Positions 29,894 to 40,792 are shown, numbered from the stretch's first letter. The stretch is 64,000 bases of DNA from Nitrospirales bacterium (GCA_965203295.1 CBDBCZ010000019.1:1888001-1952000); one strand, 5' to 3'. Numbers and translations are program-made. The notes: generated by a model from the sequence alone, not told the origin.

Positions 29894-30388
29894 TTACTTC
29901 AGAATCAACAGGTGACCACCCAAATGGGCTCCATGAAGTTGGCACTTATATTTCATGTTACTGGCGACGGTCACATACGTTAAGTCACTCAACGGAATAC
30001 CGATGTATTTGGTTTCTCCTGGTTTTAACGTAATTTTGATATTCATAGATGTCGGGCCAGCAAATGCAGAATCTGCTGAAAGGTTAAATCCATGCTCGCC
30101 ATCCAAGTTATTGGTGACTTTCAATAAAACTGGACGCCCAGCCCGGGCACCTGTTCCCTGGTTGGTGAGATCCAGAATCTGCGTGGGAGGATACCAGGTT
30201 TTCTTTCCTCCAACCATAAGGGCGTTGAACTCAAGGTCAACATCCAATTTGCTGAATGGTTGACCAACAACTGACCCTGATTCAAGACTCCCAATTTCAA
30301 CACCCCCCGACTGAAGGGCAAAGGCCATGGATGACCCCGCTGCAATTAGGAAAAGACTTAAAAGGACAGATAGAAGCACCTTGTGCAT
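29894..30388 (-). CDS. Exported single-domain cupredoxin, nitrosocyanin-like
   Basis: Signal peptide, VTNNLDGEHGFNL, LKPGETK, YKCQLHGAHLGG; SD GAGGAGG. Confidence 0.75.
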   Translation of the reverse strand: MHKVLLSVLLSLFLIAAGSSMAFALQSGGVEIGSLESGSVVGQPFSKLDVDLEFNALMVGGKKTWYPPTQILDLTNQGTGARAGRPVLLKVTNNLDGEHGFNLSADSAFAGPTSMNIKITLKPGETKYIGIPLSDLTYVTVASNMKYKCQLHGAHLGGHLLILK

Positions 30389-30657
30389 TGCCTACCTCCT
30401 CATAAAAAAGACGTTAGTAATAAAAAGTGCCAATCGCCACTCGAAACTTAGTACTTTATTGGTTCAATGCCTAACTTGAGCTTCGCCCCTTATAGCATAA
30501 GCCATTCTAGGACGCAAGGTGGTCTGCTCAAGGAATGGAGAAGCCCATATCCGTGAAAAAAATGAACAATAGACAAAGATTATTCCCAATAATCTGAGAA
30601 TACCCCCTCTTTTTTCAGTTGCACCAAGCTCCCTGGCTTTATTAGAATTCATCTTGA

Positions 30658-31728
30658 ATGTACTTGACGATTAAAGTCCCAGAAACTGATTCTTACCCAC
30701 CATTCCCTATGATTCAAAAAGAGTTTTTTCTTTTTGCGATGCTCGTTTTTGTGCTCCTGGGTGTATGGATCCCTGGAGAATCGTATGGATTTGCAATCCT
30801 TGAGCCGGAGTCATCCCCTACCTATCATTCTGGGCAAACAATTACAGTCAAACTAGAGTTGGGCGAGGTCGCGGGAATCTCTGCAGTTCACTATTTTTGG
30901 TATGGCCAACACGAAGATATGCTGGAAGAACAAATTGATAAAAAATTAGCCATGGTGGCTACAGGATCCAACGTCCCACCCTTTGGAGGCAAGATCAAGA
31001 TCCCCAGAACAGCTATTGGCCCAATGCGGCTTCTTGCTGTAGCGAAGGGTGAAGGGGATCAATTAGCCCTAGGGAATTGGGCCATTTTTGACGAAATTGT
31101 TCTACAGATCGAACCCAAAGCTCAATTACGGGAAATCGATTTTGAAACCGAGAAACCACTGCGATTGGGACGCGCCGGAGGATCCAAGGTTTATGATCAA
31201 GTTGATTTTCTTGGAAAAACTTTGGAATTGCCGGTGGTCGGACGTTTTTCTGATGGGATTACACGTCAGATTCGGTCAAAAAAGACCGGGACCTTCTATC
31301 GATCTTCGGACGAGTCCATCATCACCATTAATGAAGATGGGCTCTTTCGGTTAGTTGGAAATGGGAAGGTGATGATTACGGCTAGAAACAGAGGGAAAGA
31401 AGCCATATTAGATGTTCGTGTACAAGTCAACAACGAGCCCAACGAAGCTCCAGTCCCTGATCCCGGGGAAGAAAAAGTCGTACCCTCAGGCACCCGCGTC
31501 ACACTGAATGGGTTAAACAGTTACGACCCAGAAGGTGGGTCACTTGGGTATCATTGGTCTCAAGTCCTTGGAAGCAAAGTGGCTCTGTTGGACCCTTATT
31601 CCGCCAAAGCGAGTTTTTTAGCTCCAAATATTTTGGAAGAACGCCTCTTTCGATTTAAACTCCGTGTGACCGACATCAGGGGAGCAGATAGTAACCCCGT
31701 CTTTGTCGACATCATTGTCGAGCCGTAG
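30658..31728 (+). CDS. Exported Ig-like (Big_2) + PKD domain protein
   Basis: YRSSDESIITINEDG (Ig-like); NEAPVPDPG..VTLNGLNSYDPEG.SL.YHWSQ..G (PKD); probable start at MIQKE. Confidence 0.78.
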   Translation: MYLTIKVPETDSYPPFPMIQKEFFLFAMLVFVLLGVWIPGESYGFAILEPESSPTYHSGQTITVKLELGEVAGISAVHYFWYGQHEDMLEEQIDKKLAMVATGSNVPPFGGKIKIPRTAIGPMRLLAVAKGEGDQLALGNWAIFDEIVLQIEPKAQLREIDFETEKPLRLGRAGGSKVYDQVDFLGKTLELPVVGRFSDGITRQIRSKKTGTFYRSSDESIITINEDGLFRLVGNGKVMITARNRGKEAILDVRVQVNNEPNEAPVPDPGEEKVVPSGTRVTLNGLNSYDPEGGSLGYHWSQVLGSKVALLDPYSAKASFLAPNILEERLFRFKLRVTDIRGADSNPVFVDIIVEP

Positions 31729-31773
31729 CATACTTTTTACATTTCTTCCCGACATTGAACGAATACTCCACGT

Positions 31774-32279
31774 TTACAACATTTGTTGTGGGCTTTGCTG
31801 CTCTTCAGTAGATTGACCTGCGGATTCCAGTAAATCTTTTCCAACCATAATGGGAGCTTGAAAATGAATGGCCAAGGCAATAGCATCGGATGATCGGCTA
31901 TCAAAAACCTTGGTCCGCCCTTTCATGGACACTGAAAGTTCACCAAAGTACACCTGCTTTTTGAGTCGAATCGTCACACTAGCCACCTTCCCTCCAAATT
32001 CCCGAAGAATGGAACTCATCAAATCATGTGATAGAGGCCGAGGAAATTTTCGACCTGTTAAGGCCCCTTCAATTGATCCAGCAACCGTTGGATCAACAAA
32101 AATGGGAATAACTCGGTTTTCAGCCCGAAGCAAAACCACGGGACCTCGTGAAGTACCCATCACAACAACATTTTCAATCTTGACTTGTTTTGAGTTCTCT
32201 CCCCCCCCTGAACGGCGTCGCCAGATTCCACCACTCCCCAACTCACAAGCACCAAAAGGACCAAAATTGGAAAACGCAT
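31774..32279 (-). CDS. Bifunctional nuclease (DUF151) family protein with signal peptide, frameshifted at a G8 tract
   Basis: RPLSHDLM and DSRSSDAIALA motifs; ATG32279 with SD encodes MRFPILVLLVLVSWG and joins the nuclease frame only if G8 (32201-32208) is G9. Confidence 0.75.
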
Positions 32280-32331
32280 AGCCCCCTCCCTCTTTGATGA
32301 CCCAGTAACCCTGCTTTGGAGTCTGTGATGT

Positions 32332-32979
32332 TTAGAGAGAAATAAATGGGTTGTCATGCTGTTCCAAGCCAATTTGGGTTTCCGGCCCATGACCGGTCAC
32401 AACTCGCATCGACTCCTGAAGCGTGTAAAGCCGTTCTCGGATTGATTCTTCAATTGCCGCTAGATTCCCTCCCCACAGATCAGTCCGCCCAATTCCTCCA
32501 CGAAATAAGGTGTCACCTGACAATAATAGGTCCTCATCAGGAAAATAGAAACACAATGAACCCGGCGTATGCCCAGGGGTATGGATCGCGATCCCTTTTT
32601 TGGTTCCTACGAGAATCTTTTCTTCGTCTTGAAGCCAAAAATCTGGTGGTGGGGCAGGAACATACGATACTCCAAATAATTGGCATTGAATTTCCAACAT
32701 ATCCCAAAGTTCGCGATCGGAGGCATTAAGACCGAGAGGCGCGTTGGTCGCCATCTTTATTGCTCGAGATGCCAGGAAATGATCAAAATGGGCATGGGTA
32801 TGGACAATACTGACGACATTCAACCCGAGGCTTTGAACTTCTTGCAAAATCCGCTCTGGGGCCCCTCCTGGATCCACGATCATAGCCTGTTTTGTATCAG
32901 GATCAGCGAGAATCGAGCAGTTACAGCCTAAGGGAGGCACGGGAAAAGTTCTTCGAATGAGGGCAGCCACGGCAGACAT
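32332..32979 (-). CDS. MBL-fold metallo-hydrolase (glyoxalase II-like)
   Basis: THAHFDH, HTPGHTPGS, SGDTLF, GHG motifs. Confidence 0.92.
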   Translation of the reverse strand: MSAVAALIRRTFPVPPLGCNCSILADPDTKQAMIVDPGGAPERILQEVQSLGLNVVSIVHTHAHFDHFLASRAIKMATNAPLGLNASDRELWDMLEIQCQLFGVSYVPAPPPDFWLQDEEKILVGTKKGIAIHTPGHTPGSLCFYFPDEDLLLSGDTLFRGGIGRTDLWGGNLAAIEESIRERLYTLQESMRVVTGHGPETQIGLEQHDNPFISL

Positions 32980-33284
32980 CCTTTCCAGAGGACAGGTCTC
33001 TAGCCAAACTCAAACCATCTCGCCACGAGAACACATCTGATCTGGTTCATCCAAACCATATTTCAACTTTTGAATAACTCAAAATTTCCCATGGATCATG
33101 TCATTTGACTCACTTCGACAATATTCCAGTTTATGTTCGGAAGACAAAACATAGGATAAAGAGGTATTCTTAACCACGTCAACAGTACGATGGAAACACG
33201 ACCCACATATTTTTTATTGAAATAATTTCCCTGGCAGTCTACAATTCTCATGAACCTTCGGCTTCCTCATTCTGATTCACACCT

Positions 33285-34211
33285 TTGAACATTAACCATC
33301 TCCAGCACCAAGTGACGGAGCAAAATCTCTCCGCTCATCCCAAGCTAGATTCACCAGTGCCTCAACGGTTCTGTGCTGTCAGCATCGCTCGAGTTCTCCT
33401 ATTGCTGTTTGGGATGAGCCTTCTCTTGGGGTGTCCGCCTGATAACGCTTCACTCGTTGAAGAAAACGAGCAACTTCAAAAGCAAATCACGAAACAGGAA
33501 TCCATCATGGCGACGTTGCAAGAGGGAAACCGTGTGTTACAGAAACAAATTGACTTACTGAACCAGGAACTCCGAGATGAAAAAAATAGCCTCGATGGGG
33601 TAAGAAACGACCTCAATGAAGCAAACATCAAACTAGAACAACAACGAAAAGAAACACGTCAGCATGATCAAAGTTTGGCTGTAGAGCACAAGAAATTAGC
33701 CTCCCAATTGAGAATTCTCAAAAAAGAAAACACCAAGCTGATTGCCGATGCACAGTGGTTACGCACCCTTCGCGCCCAGTTTCGAAAAAACCTCTATGTT
33801 GATAAGCAAGGGACGAAATTCCAAGTCTTGCCTCATCCGCTACCAACACTGATTCAAGCTACTCGACAAACCTTAACTCAGAACGGTTACCTCATATTAG
33901 CCACCATGGCCACTGACCAAAAAGCCGTCTATATCACCAAAAGAAAAGCCTCCATGCCTTCAAGTCTCGAACTCCAGGGCTTTCGGAATCAATACCTCAT
34001 TTTCCTAGAGAAGTTGGCCCCCGAAAAAACCAAATTAAGTGTCAAAGCTGAATTTGAGAAGGTGACGAAGCAAGGCAATATCTTGCCAGCAACTCAAGAA
34101 GAAATTCAGGAAATTGAATTCCGATTGATTGAGGCGATTAAGACCCTGTCCGACACAACCGACAAAAAGCCTAGCAGTCATTCCGAAGCGACCTCTTCCT
34201 TCCCAGTCTGA
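33285..34211 (+). CDS. Putative coiled-coil lipoprotein
   Basis: LLLGC lipobox-like motif followed by a long heptad region; true start probably downstream of the ORF start. Confidence 0.7.
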   Translation: MNINHLQHQVTEQNLSAHPKLDSPVPQRFCAVSIARVLLLLFGMSLLLGCPPDNASLVEENEQLQKQITKQESIMATLQEGNRVLQKQIDLLNQELRDEKNSLDGVRNDLNEANIKLEQQRKETRQHDQSLAVEHKKLASQLRILKKENTKLIADAQWLRTLRAQFRKNLYVDKQGTKFQVLPHPLPTLIQATRQTLTQNGYLILATMATDQKAVYITKRKASMPSSLELQGFRNQYLIFLEKLAPEKTKLSVKAEFEKVTKQGNILPATQEEIQEIEFRLIEAIKTLSDTTDKKPSSHSEATSSFPV

Positions 34212-34809
34212 ACATTATCTTCCACATCGGTCTTTTTCTTCCATTCCCTCATCAAGAATCGGCCGAACCGTGACTCCTGCCAGCCAACAATCTATCGAAC
34301 CGGTTCGACCGGTTCTGGCAGCTCTCCGAGATGTACAATGCTACACATAAATTTGGGCGATCGTATTCTGTTGATGCTCCTCATCGGTTCAGAAATCTGA
34401 ACTCGAGCCTAGAAATCGAAAAGTGAGCACTCTATCATCATCGATCATCTCCCTGTGAGCGCTCCTTCAAGAGATCAAAAAACGATTGATCTCCTTCAAA
34501 AACATTCGTGTTTTCCTATATTCAGGCTGGTTTTTGATTGGTGTCCCGGAGGGTATGCTCAGGCCGGAGTGACAACCTGATCGAGTTGATGAGTCACATC
34601 AGCACCACGAATTGGCGAAGCTGTTGATTTGAACGACCCTGGAGATGATTTGGGGGCAGCGCTGTATCGAAGGTCGATCTAGCAGGACGTGAGGTGTGAA
34701 ACGGTCTAGCGGATAGGAATGCTCCTGAAGAGACGGCAAGCCGTGTTTCGTCCGATCACAGGCCAAGGCCAGACAATAGCGCTCTCGCTAAATTTAGGGA
34801 GAGGAAAGC

Positions 34810-36246
34810 TCAGGAATGCGCAGCAGCTAGACTACGCCCTGCTTGAAGGTACGCATCGACTCCAGCTGCGGCTTTTCGCCCTTCTGCGATGGCCCATACG
34901 ATCAGGGAAGCCCCCCGCTTTGTATCGCCGGCTGCAAACACCCCATCAACTGAGCTCATGAAATTCTCATCCACGGCGACATTGCCCCTTGCATCATACT
35001 CGACACCCAAGTGATCCAGTAGCCCATTTTTCACGGGACCTGTAAACCCCATGGCCAGCAATACTAAGTCCACATCCATGTCGAATTCGGTTCCGGAGAC
35101 TGAGGAAAATTTTCCATTTTCTAAGTTGACACGATGGGCATGAAGCTTTGTGAGCTGTCCGTCATGTCCAGAGAACTTGGTCGTCGAGACACTCCATTGA
35201 CGGTCACAACCCTCTTCATGAGCATGAGACGTGCGAAGCTGCATCGGCCAAAGAGGCCAGGGGGTCGACTCTGCTCGTGTCGGGGGTGGCTCAGGGAGTA
35301 ACTCAAATTGGTGAACTTCACTGCACCCTTGACGATGAGCCGTTCCCAAGCAGTCAGATCCCGTATCGCCTCCACCAATGATGACGACACGCTTCCCTTT
35401 GGCAGTAATCGGTTCATCCGATAGCGCATCCCCGGCATTGCGTTTATTTTGCTGAGTCAAATACTCCATAGCCAAATGAACACCTTTGAGTTCGCGACCA
35501 GGAATAGGCAGCTCCCGAGGTTGTTCAGCGCCAAGTGTCAGACAAACCGCATCAAACCGTCGATAGAGCGTTTCGGCATCAAGGTCAACTCCGACATTGA
35601 CGTTAGTCTCGAAACGGACTCCTTCGAGATTCATCTGTTCCAACCGACGATCGATCACCCATTTTTCCATCTTAAAATCAGGAATCCCGTATCTCAGCAA
35701 CCCGCCAATACGATCCGATTTTTCAAATACGGTGACGGTATGCCCTGCTCTCGCCAACTGCTGAGCAGCTGCTAAGCCTGCTGGGCCGGAACCTACGACG
35801 GCCACGGTCTTCCCTGTTTGAGTAATGGGTGGGACAGGCTGAACGAACCCTTCCGCGAATCCTTTATCAATGATATTCCATTCAATCACTCGAATGGAGA
35901 CTGGATCAGCGTTGATCCCAAGGACACAAGCCGATTCACAAGGAGCAGGGCATAAACGACCCGTAAATTCGGGGAAATTGTTGGTCGCATGCAAAGCCTT
36001 TAACGCATCCTGCCATCTTCCACGATGCACTAAATCGTTCCATTCTGGAATTAAATTCACGACAGGACAACTTGATGGGCTCTGGCAGAAAGGCACCCCA
36101 CAATCCATACATCGAGCACCCTGTGTTTTCAGCTTATCATCAGGAAACGGGTCATATATTTCACGCCAATCAAGGATCCGCAACTCCACTGGGCGCCGAG
36201 ATGGTCCCTCTCGGCGGTATTTCACAAAACCTTTCGGATCAGCCAT
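34810..36246 (-). CDS. gltD: Glutamate synthase small subunit
   Basis: RCMDCGVPFC, NNFPEFTGRLCPAPCE, GSGPAG, GGGDTGSDC, RGASLIVWAIAEGR. Confidence 0.97.
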   Translation of the reverse strand: MADPKGFVKYRREGPSRRPVELRILDWREIYDPFPDDKLKTQGARCMDCGVPFCQSPSSCPVVNLIPEWNDLVHRGRWQDALKALHATNNFPEFTGRLCPAPCESACVLGINADPVSIRVIEWNIIDKGFAEGFVQPVPPITQTGKTVAVVGSGPAGLAAAQQLARAGHTVTVFEKSDRIGGLLRYGIPDFKMEKWVIDRRLEQMNLEGVRFETNVNVGVDLDAETLYRRFDAVCLTLGAEQPRELPIPGRELKGVHLAMEYLTQQNKRNAGDALSDEPITAKGKRVVIIGGGDTGSDCLGTAHRQGCSEVHQFELLPEPPPTRAESTPWPLWPMQLRTSHAHEEGCDRQWSVSTTKFSGHDGQLTKLHAHRVNLENGKFSSVSGTEFDMDVDLVLLAMGFTGPVKNGLLDHLGVEYDARGNVAVDENFMSSVDGVFAAGDTKRGASLIVWAIAEGRKAAAGVDAYLQAGRSLAAAHS

Positions 36247-39200
36247 GGAGAACCATTTCCTTTCCGCGCCTCAACTTGGACTTGGCTGCCTCTGCTTTTC
36301 GTTCGGCAAGGACCCGCTTATAATCTATCGGCATCACTTTGACGAATTTTGGCAACATGGCTTCCCAGGCATCTAATATCGATTTTGCCTTCAGGCTTCC
36401 AGTGTAGGCATAGTACTTCTCGATCATTCTGTGAAGTGTGTCTTTATCTTCGCGTGCGACAACTTTTTCTAATTCGACCATGCCGAGATTACAACGAGTC
36501 TCAAACTTCTTGTCTTCGTTGAACACATAGGCTTCTCCACCTGACATCCCCGCCGCAAAATTTCTGCCGGTTTTTCCAAGCACCACAACCACTCCCCCGG
36601 TCATGTATTCACACCCGTGATCACCCGTTCCCTCGATCACGGCACGTACTCCACTATTGCGGACCGCAAAGCGTTCACCTGCCGTGCCATAAAAATAGGC
36701 CTCACCGCCTGTGGCACCATAGAGAGACGTATTTCCGATCAAGATCGTCTCCCCTGGATTAAACGTGCTCCCTTTGGGAGGAATGACAATAATCTTCCCT
36801 CCTGAGAGTCCCTTTCCTAGATAATCATTGGATTCACCCTCTAGGGTCAGCGTGATTCCATGAGAAAGAAAAGCTCCAAAAGATTGACCAGCAGAGCCCG
36901 TGAATTTGATCCGAATCGTATCTTCTGGAAGCCCTTGCAAGCCATATTTCCTTGCAACATGACTTGACAGTACCGTTCCTGTGGTTCGGTTGACATTTCG
37001 AATCGGGAGTTCAAGCGACACAGGTTCTTTTCGTTCAATAGCGGGTTGGCACGACTCTATTAATTGGTTATCCAAAATATTCGCCAATCCATGATCCTGC
37101 GGTTGGACGCAATGAGTGGCAATCTCAGAACCGACATCCGGCTTCCATAACAGAGCAGAAAGGTCCAGTCCTTTGGCCTTCCAATGATCAAGAGCTTTTT
37201 GGATCTTGAACTTATCGACCCGCCCAACCATTTCAGCGACAGTTCGAAACCCCAACTGTGCCATCAGACGTCGGGCCTCTTCCGCAACGAAAAAGAAGTA
37301 GTTCACCACGTGCTCGGGTTGGCCTGTAAACCGTTTTCGAAGTTCTGGGTCTTGAGTTGCGACCCCGACTGGGCACGTGTTTAAATGACACTTTCGCATC
37401 ATGATGCAGCCTTCGACGATTAACGGAGCGGTGGAAAAACCAAATTCCTCAGCCCCCAATAGCGCCGCCACCACCACATCCCTTCCGGTTTTCATTTGGC
37501 CATCGGTTTCAACTCTAATTCGTCCTCGAAGATCATTCAGCACCAAGGTTTGATGCGTCTCCGCTAACCCAAGCTCCCAAGGAATGCCAGCATATTTGAT
37601 GGAAGACAATGGAGAAGCACCGGTACCGCCAGAATCTCCACTAATCAGAACCTTATCAGCGTGAGCTTTTGAGACACCCGCCGCCACCGTCCCGACTCCA
37701 ACTTCCGACACCAGTTTAACCGATACATCCGATTGCGGGTTCGAATTTTTCAAATCAAAAATGAGCTGCGCCAAGTCTTCAATTGAATAAATATCATGGT
37801 GCGGTGGTGGAGATATGAGACCAACCCCAGGCGTGGAGTATCGAAGTTTCGCAATCACTTCATCCACCTTGTGACCTGGGAGTTGTCCACCTTCCCCTGG
37901 TTTCGCCCCTTGTGCCATCTTAATTTGTAGCTCCTTGGCATTCACCAGGTAATGGGCCGTGACCCCAAATCGTCCTGAAGCGACTTGCTTGATATAGGAA
38001 TTTTTGGAATCTCCATTCGATAGGGGAACAAAACGTTCGGGATCTTCTCCCCCCTCCCCCGTATTACTCTTAGCCCCAAGCCGGTTCATCGCAATTGCAA
38101 GGGTCTCGTGTGACTCTTTGCTGATCGCACCAAACGACATCGCCCCCGTGGTAAACCGCTTCACAATGTCCTTCGCAGGCTCAACTTCCTCCAAAGGCAG
38201 AGGTGTGGCCACAAATTTGAAATCCAATAACCCCCGAAGGTTCGAGCGGTGTCGAGTCTCATCGTTCACCAATTGGGCGAATTCTTCATAGGTTTTGGGA
38301 TCATTGGTTTTGGTTGAGTGCTGTAACTTAGAAATCGTTTCAGGGTTCCAATTATGATATTCGCCCTGACTGCGGTAGTGAATCTCGCCGCCGAAGTCCA
38401 ATTGTCGGAGGCGTTCAGTCGCGTAAGCCTTGGCATGCCGACGGAGAGTCTCCTCCCCAATTTCTTGCATGCCAATTCCTTCTATCCGTGAAGGCGTGCC
38501 TGTGAAATAGCGATCCACGAGTTCATGGTTCAGACCAATGGCTTCAAATATTTGGGCCCCACAATAGGATTGGACCGTCGAGATTCCCATTTTTGAGAAG
38601 ATTTTCAGAAGTCCTTTATTGACGGCTTTGATGAATTTCGCTTCTGCCGTATCAGAATCCATTCCCTCAGGGAAATACTTTTCTCGTTGCATGTCCACCA
38701 GACCTTCGAACACCAAATATGGATTGACCGTCCCGGCTCCATATCCAATGAGACAGGCAAAGTGGTGAACATCACGGGGTTCACCAGTTTCCACAATAAA
38801 TCCGACTTCCGTTCGAGTCGCTTCCCGCACCAAATGATGGTGCACAGCGGAAATCCCTAAAAGACTAGGAATGGGGGCACATTCAGCATTGACTCCCCGA
38901 TCGCTGAGGATCAGGAATTTGTACCCACTTCGAATCGCTTGGGAAGCTTCTTGACACAACTTGTCGACTGCTGACCCTAATCCATCTGACCCCTCTGCGA
39001 CACGGAAGAGCATAGGGAGCGTTTTACTGAGAAAATGAGGATCTTCAAATTCCCGAATTTTCTGAAGTTCCGCATTCGTAATGATAGGCTGCTGAACTTT
39101 TATCCGCCGGCACGCTTCCGGAATTTCTGCAACAAGGTTCGGCTTAGGGCCAATGTTCGTCACCAAGGACATCACCAATTGTTCTCGAGTAGGATCAATG

Positions 39201-40792
39201 GGAGGATTAGTCACTTGCGCAAAAAGTTGCTTGAAGTACTTAAAAACGAGTTGGGGTCTGTTGGACAGAACAGCCAGAGGTGTATCCGTTCCCATGGAGG
39301 AAGTAGGCTCTTCGCCATTGATGGCCATGGGCGACAACACCATTTTGAGTTCTTCCACCGTATAGCCAAAAGCCTGTTGACGCTGTCGAAGGGTAGGACG
39401 GTCAGGTTGGGGCACGTTTAACGGTTCTGGAAGTTCATCAAGCGAAACCCGGTGTTGGGTCACCCAACTCCGGTAAGGTTTTCGTCCCACAATATCTGCT
39501 TTGATTTCTTCGTCATCGATGATTCGCTCTTGGACGGTATCAACGACAAACATCCGTCCTGGCTGCAATCGTCCTTTTTGGCGAATGTTTTTCGGATCGG
39601 TGGGAAGGACACCAGCTTCTGAGCCAAGAACCACCAAGTCATCATTGGTGACTTGATACCGACAAGGACGAAGCCCATTCCGATCCAATGTTCCACCGAT
39701 GAGCTTCCCATCAGTAAAGGCCACGGCTGCCGGCCCGTCCCATGGCTCCATCATCGAGGCGTGGTATTCATAGAACCCACGACGATCCAAGTTCATCGAT
39801 GGATTCCCAACCCAAGGCTCAGGAATCAACATCATCATGGCATGGGGAAGAGACCGGCCAGCCATCACAAGAAACTCCACAGCGTTGTCCAAACATCCAG
39901 AGTCACTCTGTTCTTCATAGACGATGGGATACAGCTTTTGCAGGTCTTTCCCGAATAATTCTGATTCCAATCTCCCCTGCCGCGCCCGCATCCAATTGAC
40001 ATTGCCTTTCAAGGTATTGATTTCACCGTTATGCACCGTATATCGATATGGGTGGGCGAGCATCCAGGAAGGGAATGTGTTCGTGCTAAATCGCGAATGC
40101 ACGAGACCCAAGGCGGAGATCATACTGCTATCGGCTAAGTCTGGATAGAATTGGGATAACTGCTCGGGAAGCAACATGCCCTTATAGACAATGGTATTGC
40201 CGGACAAACTTGTGACATAAACAGTCCCACGTTCAACTAAGGCCGACTCTCGAATGGCCCGAGCAATCCGCTTTCGTATCACGTAGAGTTTTCGCTCGAA
40301 TTGGGCTTCGTTCAACATATCCCGTCCGACAAAAAACTGCCGGATGTAGGGCATAGCCTTTCTCGCTTGAATCCCAATTGCGTCTTCTTTTGTGGGGACG
40401 TCCCTCCATCCCAGAAAGCGCTGTCCTTCTTCCCCGATTATCGTTTCAAAAAGTTTTTCACACTGCTGCCGTCGCGAGGCATCTTGCGGGAAAAACACCA
40501 TTCCCACGCCATACTCACTAGCCCCTGGGAGAACGATTCCACTGTCAGCTGCTGCTCTTTTAAAGAATCCATGCGAAATCTGGAGGAGAATACCCGCCCC
40601 ATCCCCCGTACGGGCATCAGAACCTTGAGCCCCCCGGTGATACAGATTTTCAAGAATTTTCAAACCTTTTTGGACAATATCATGAGATTTGTGCCCTTTA
40701 ATATTGACGACAAAACCAATTCCACACCCATCCTTCTCGAATCGGGGATCATAGAGTCCTTGCTTGGGAGGAAAACCAGGAATGTTCATCAT
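36239..40792 (-). CDS. gltB: Glutamate synthase large subunit
   Basis: CGIGF, HSRFSTNT, EPWDGPA, QGAKPGEGGQLPG, CIMMRKCHLNTCP, GXGXG C-terminal domain. Confidence 0.98.
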   Translation of the reverse strand: MMNIPGFPPKQGLYDPRFEKDGCGIGFVVNIKGHKSHDIVQKGLKILENLYHRGAQGSDARTGDGAGILLQISHGFFKRAAADSGIVLPGASEYGVGMVFFPQDASRRQQCEKLFETIIGEEGQRFLGWRDVPTKEDAIGIQARKAMPYIRQFFVGRDMLNEAQFERKLYVIRKRIARAIRESALVERGTVYVTSLSGNTIVYKGMLLPEQLSQFYPDLADSSMISALGLVHSRFSTNTFPSWMLAHPYRYTVHNGEINTLKGNVNWMRARQGRLESELFGKDLQKLYPIVYEEQSDSGCLDNAVEFLVMAGRSLPHAMMMLIPEPWVGNPSMNLDRRGFYEYHASMMEPWDGPAAVAFTDGKLIGGTLDRNGLRPCRYQVTNDDLVVLGSEAGVLPTDPKNIRQKGRLQPGRMFVVDTVQERIIDDEEIKADIVGRKPYRSWVTQHRVSLDELPEPLNVPQPDRPTLRQRQQAFGYTVEELKMVLSPMAINGEEPTSSMGTDTPLAVLSNRPQLVFKYFKQLFAQVTNPPIDPTREQLVMSLVTNIGPKPNLVAEIPEACRRIKVQQPIITNAELQKIREFEDPHFLSKTLPMLFRVAEGSDGLGSAVDKLCQEASQAIRSGYKFLILSDRGVNAECAPIPSLLGISAVHHHLVREATRTEVGFIVETGEPRDVHHFACLIGYGAGTVNPYLVFEGLVDMQREKYFPEGMDSDTAEAKFIKAVNKGLLKIFSKMGISTVQSYCGAQIFEAIGLNHELVDRYFTGTPSRIEGIGMQEIGEETLRRHAKAYATERLRQLDFGGEIHYRSQGEYHNWNPETISKLQHSTKTNDPKTYEEFAQLVNDETRHRSNLRGLLDFKFVATPLPLEEVEPAKDIVKRFTTGAMSFGAISKESHETLAIAMNRLGAKSNTGEGGEDPERFVPLSNGDSKNSYIKQVASGRFGVTAHYLVNAKELQIKMAQGAKPGEGGQLPGHKVDEVIAKLRYSTPGVGLISPPPHHDIYSIEDLAQLIFDLKNSNPQSDVSVKLVSEVGVGTVAAGVSKAHADKVLISGDSGGTGASPLSSIKYAGIPWELGLAETHQTLVLNDLRGRIRVETDGQMKTGRDVVVAALLGAEEFGFSTAPLIVEGCIMMRKCHLNTCPVGVATQDPELRKRFTGQPEHVVNYFFFVAEEARRLMAQLGFRTVAEMVGRVDKFKIQKALDHWKAKGLDLSALLWKPDVGSEIATHCVQPQDHGLANILDNQLIESCQPAIERKEPVSLELPIRNVNRTTGTVLSSHVARKYGLQGLPEDTIRIKFTGSAGQSFGAFLSHGITLTLEGESNDYLGKGLSGGKIIVIPPKGSTFNPGETILIGNTSLYGATGGEAYFYGTAGERFAVRNSGVRAVIEGTGDHGCEYMTGGVVVVLGKTGRNFAAGMSGGEAYVFNEDKKFETRCNLGMVELEKVVAREDKDTLHRMIEKYYAYTGSLKAKSILDAWEAMLPKFVKVMPIDYKRVLAERKAEAAKSKLRRGKEMVLHG

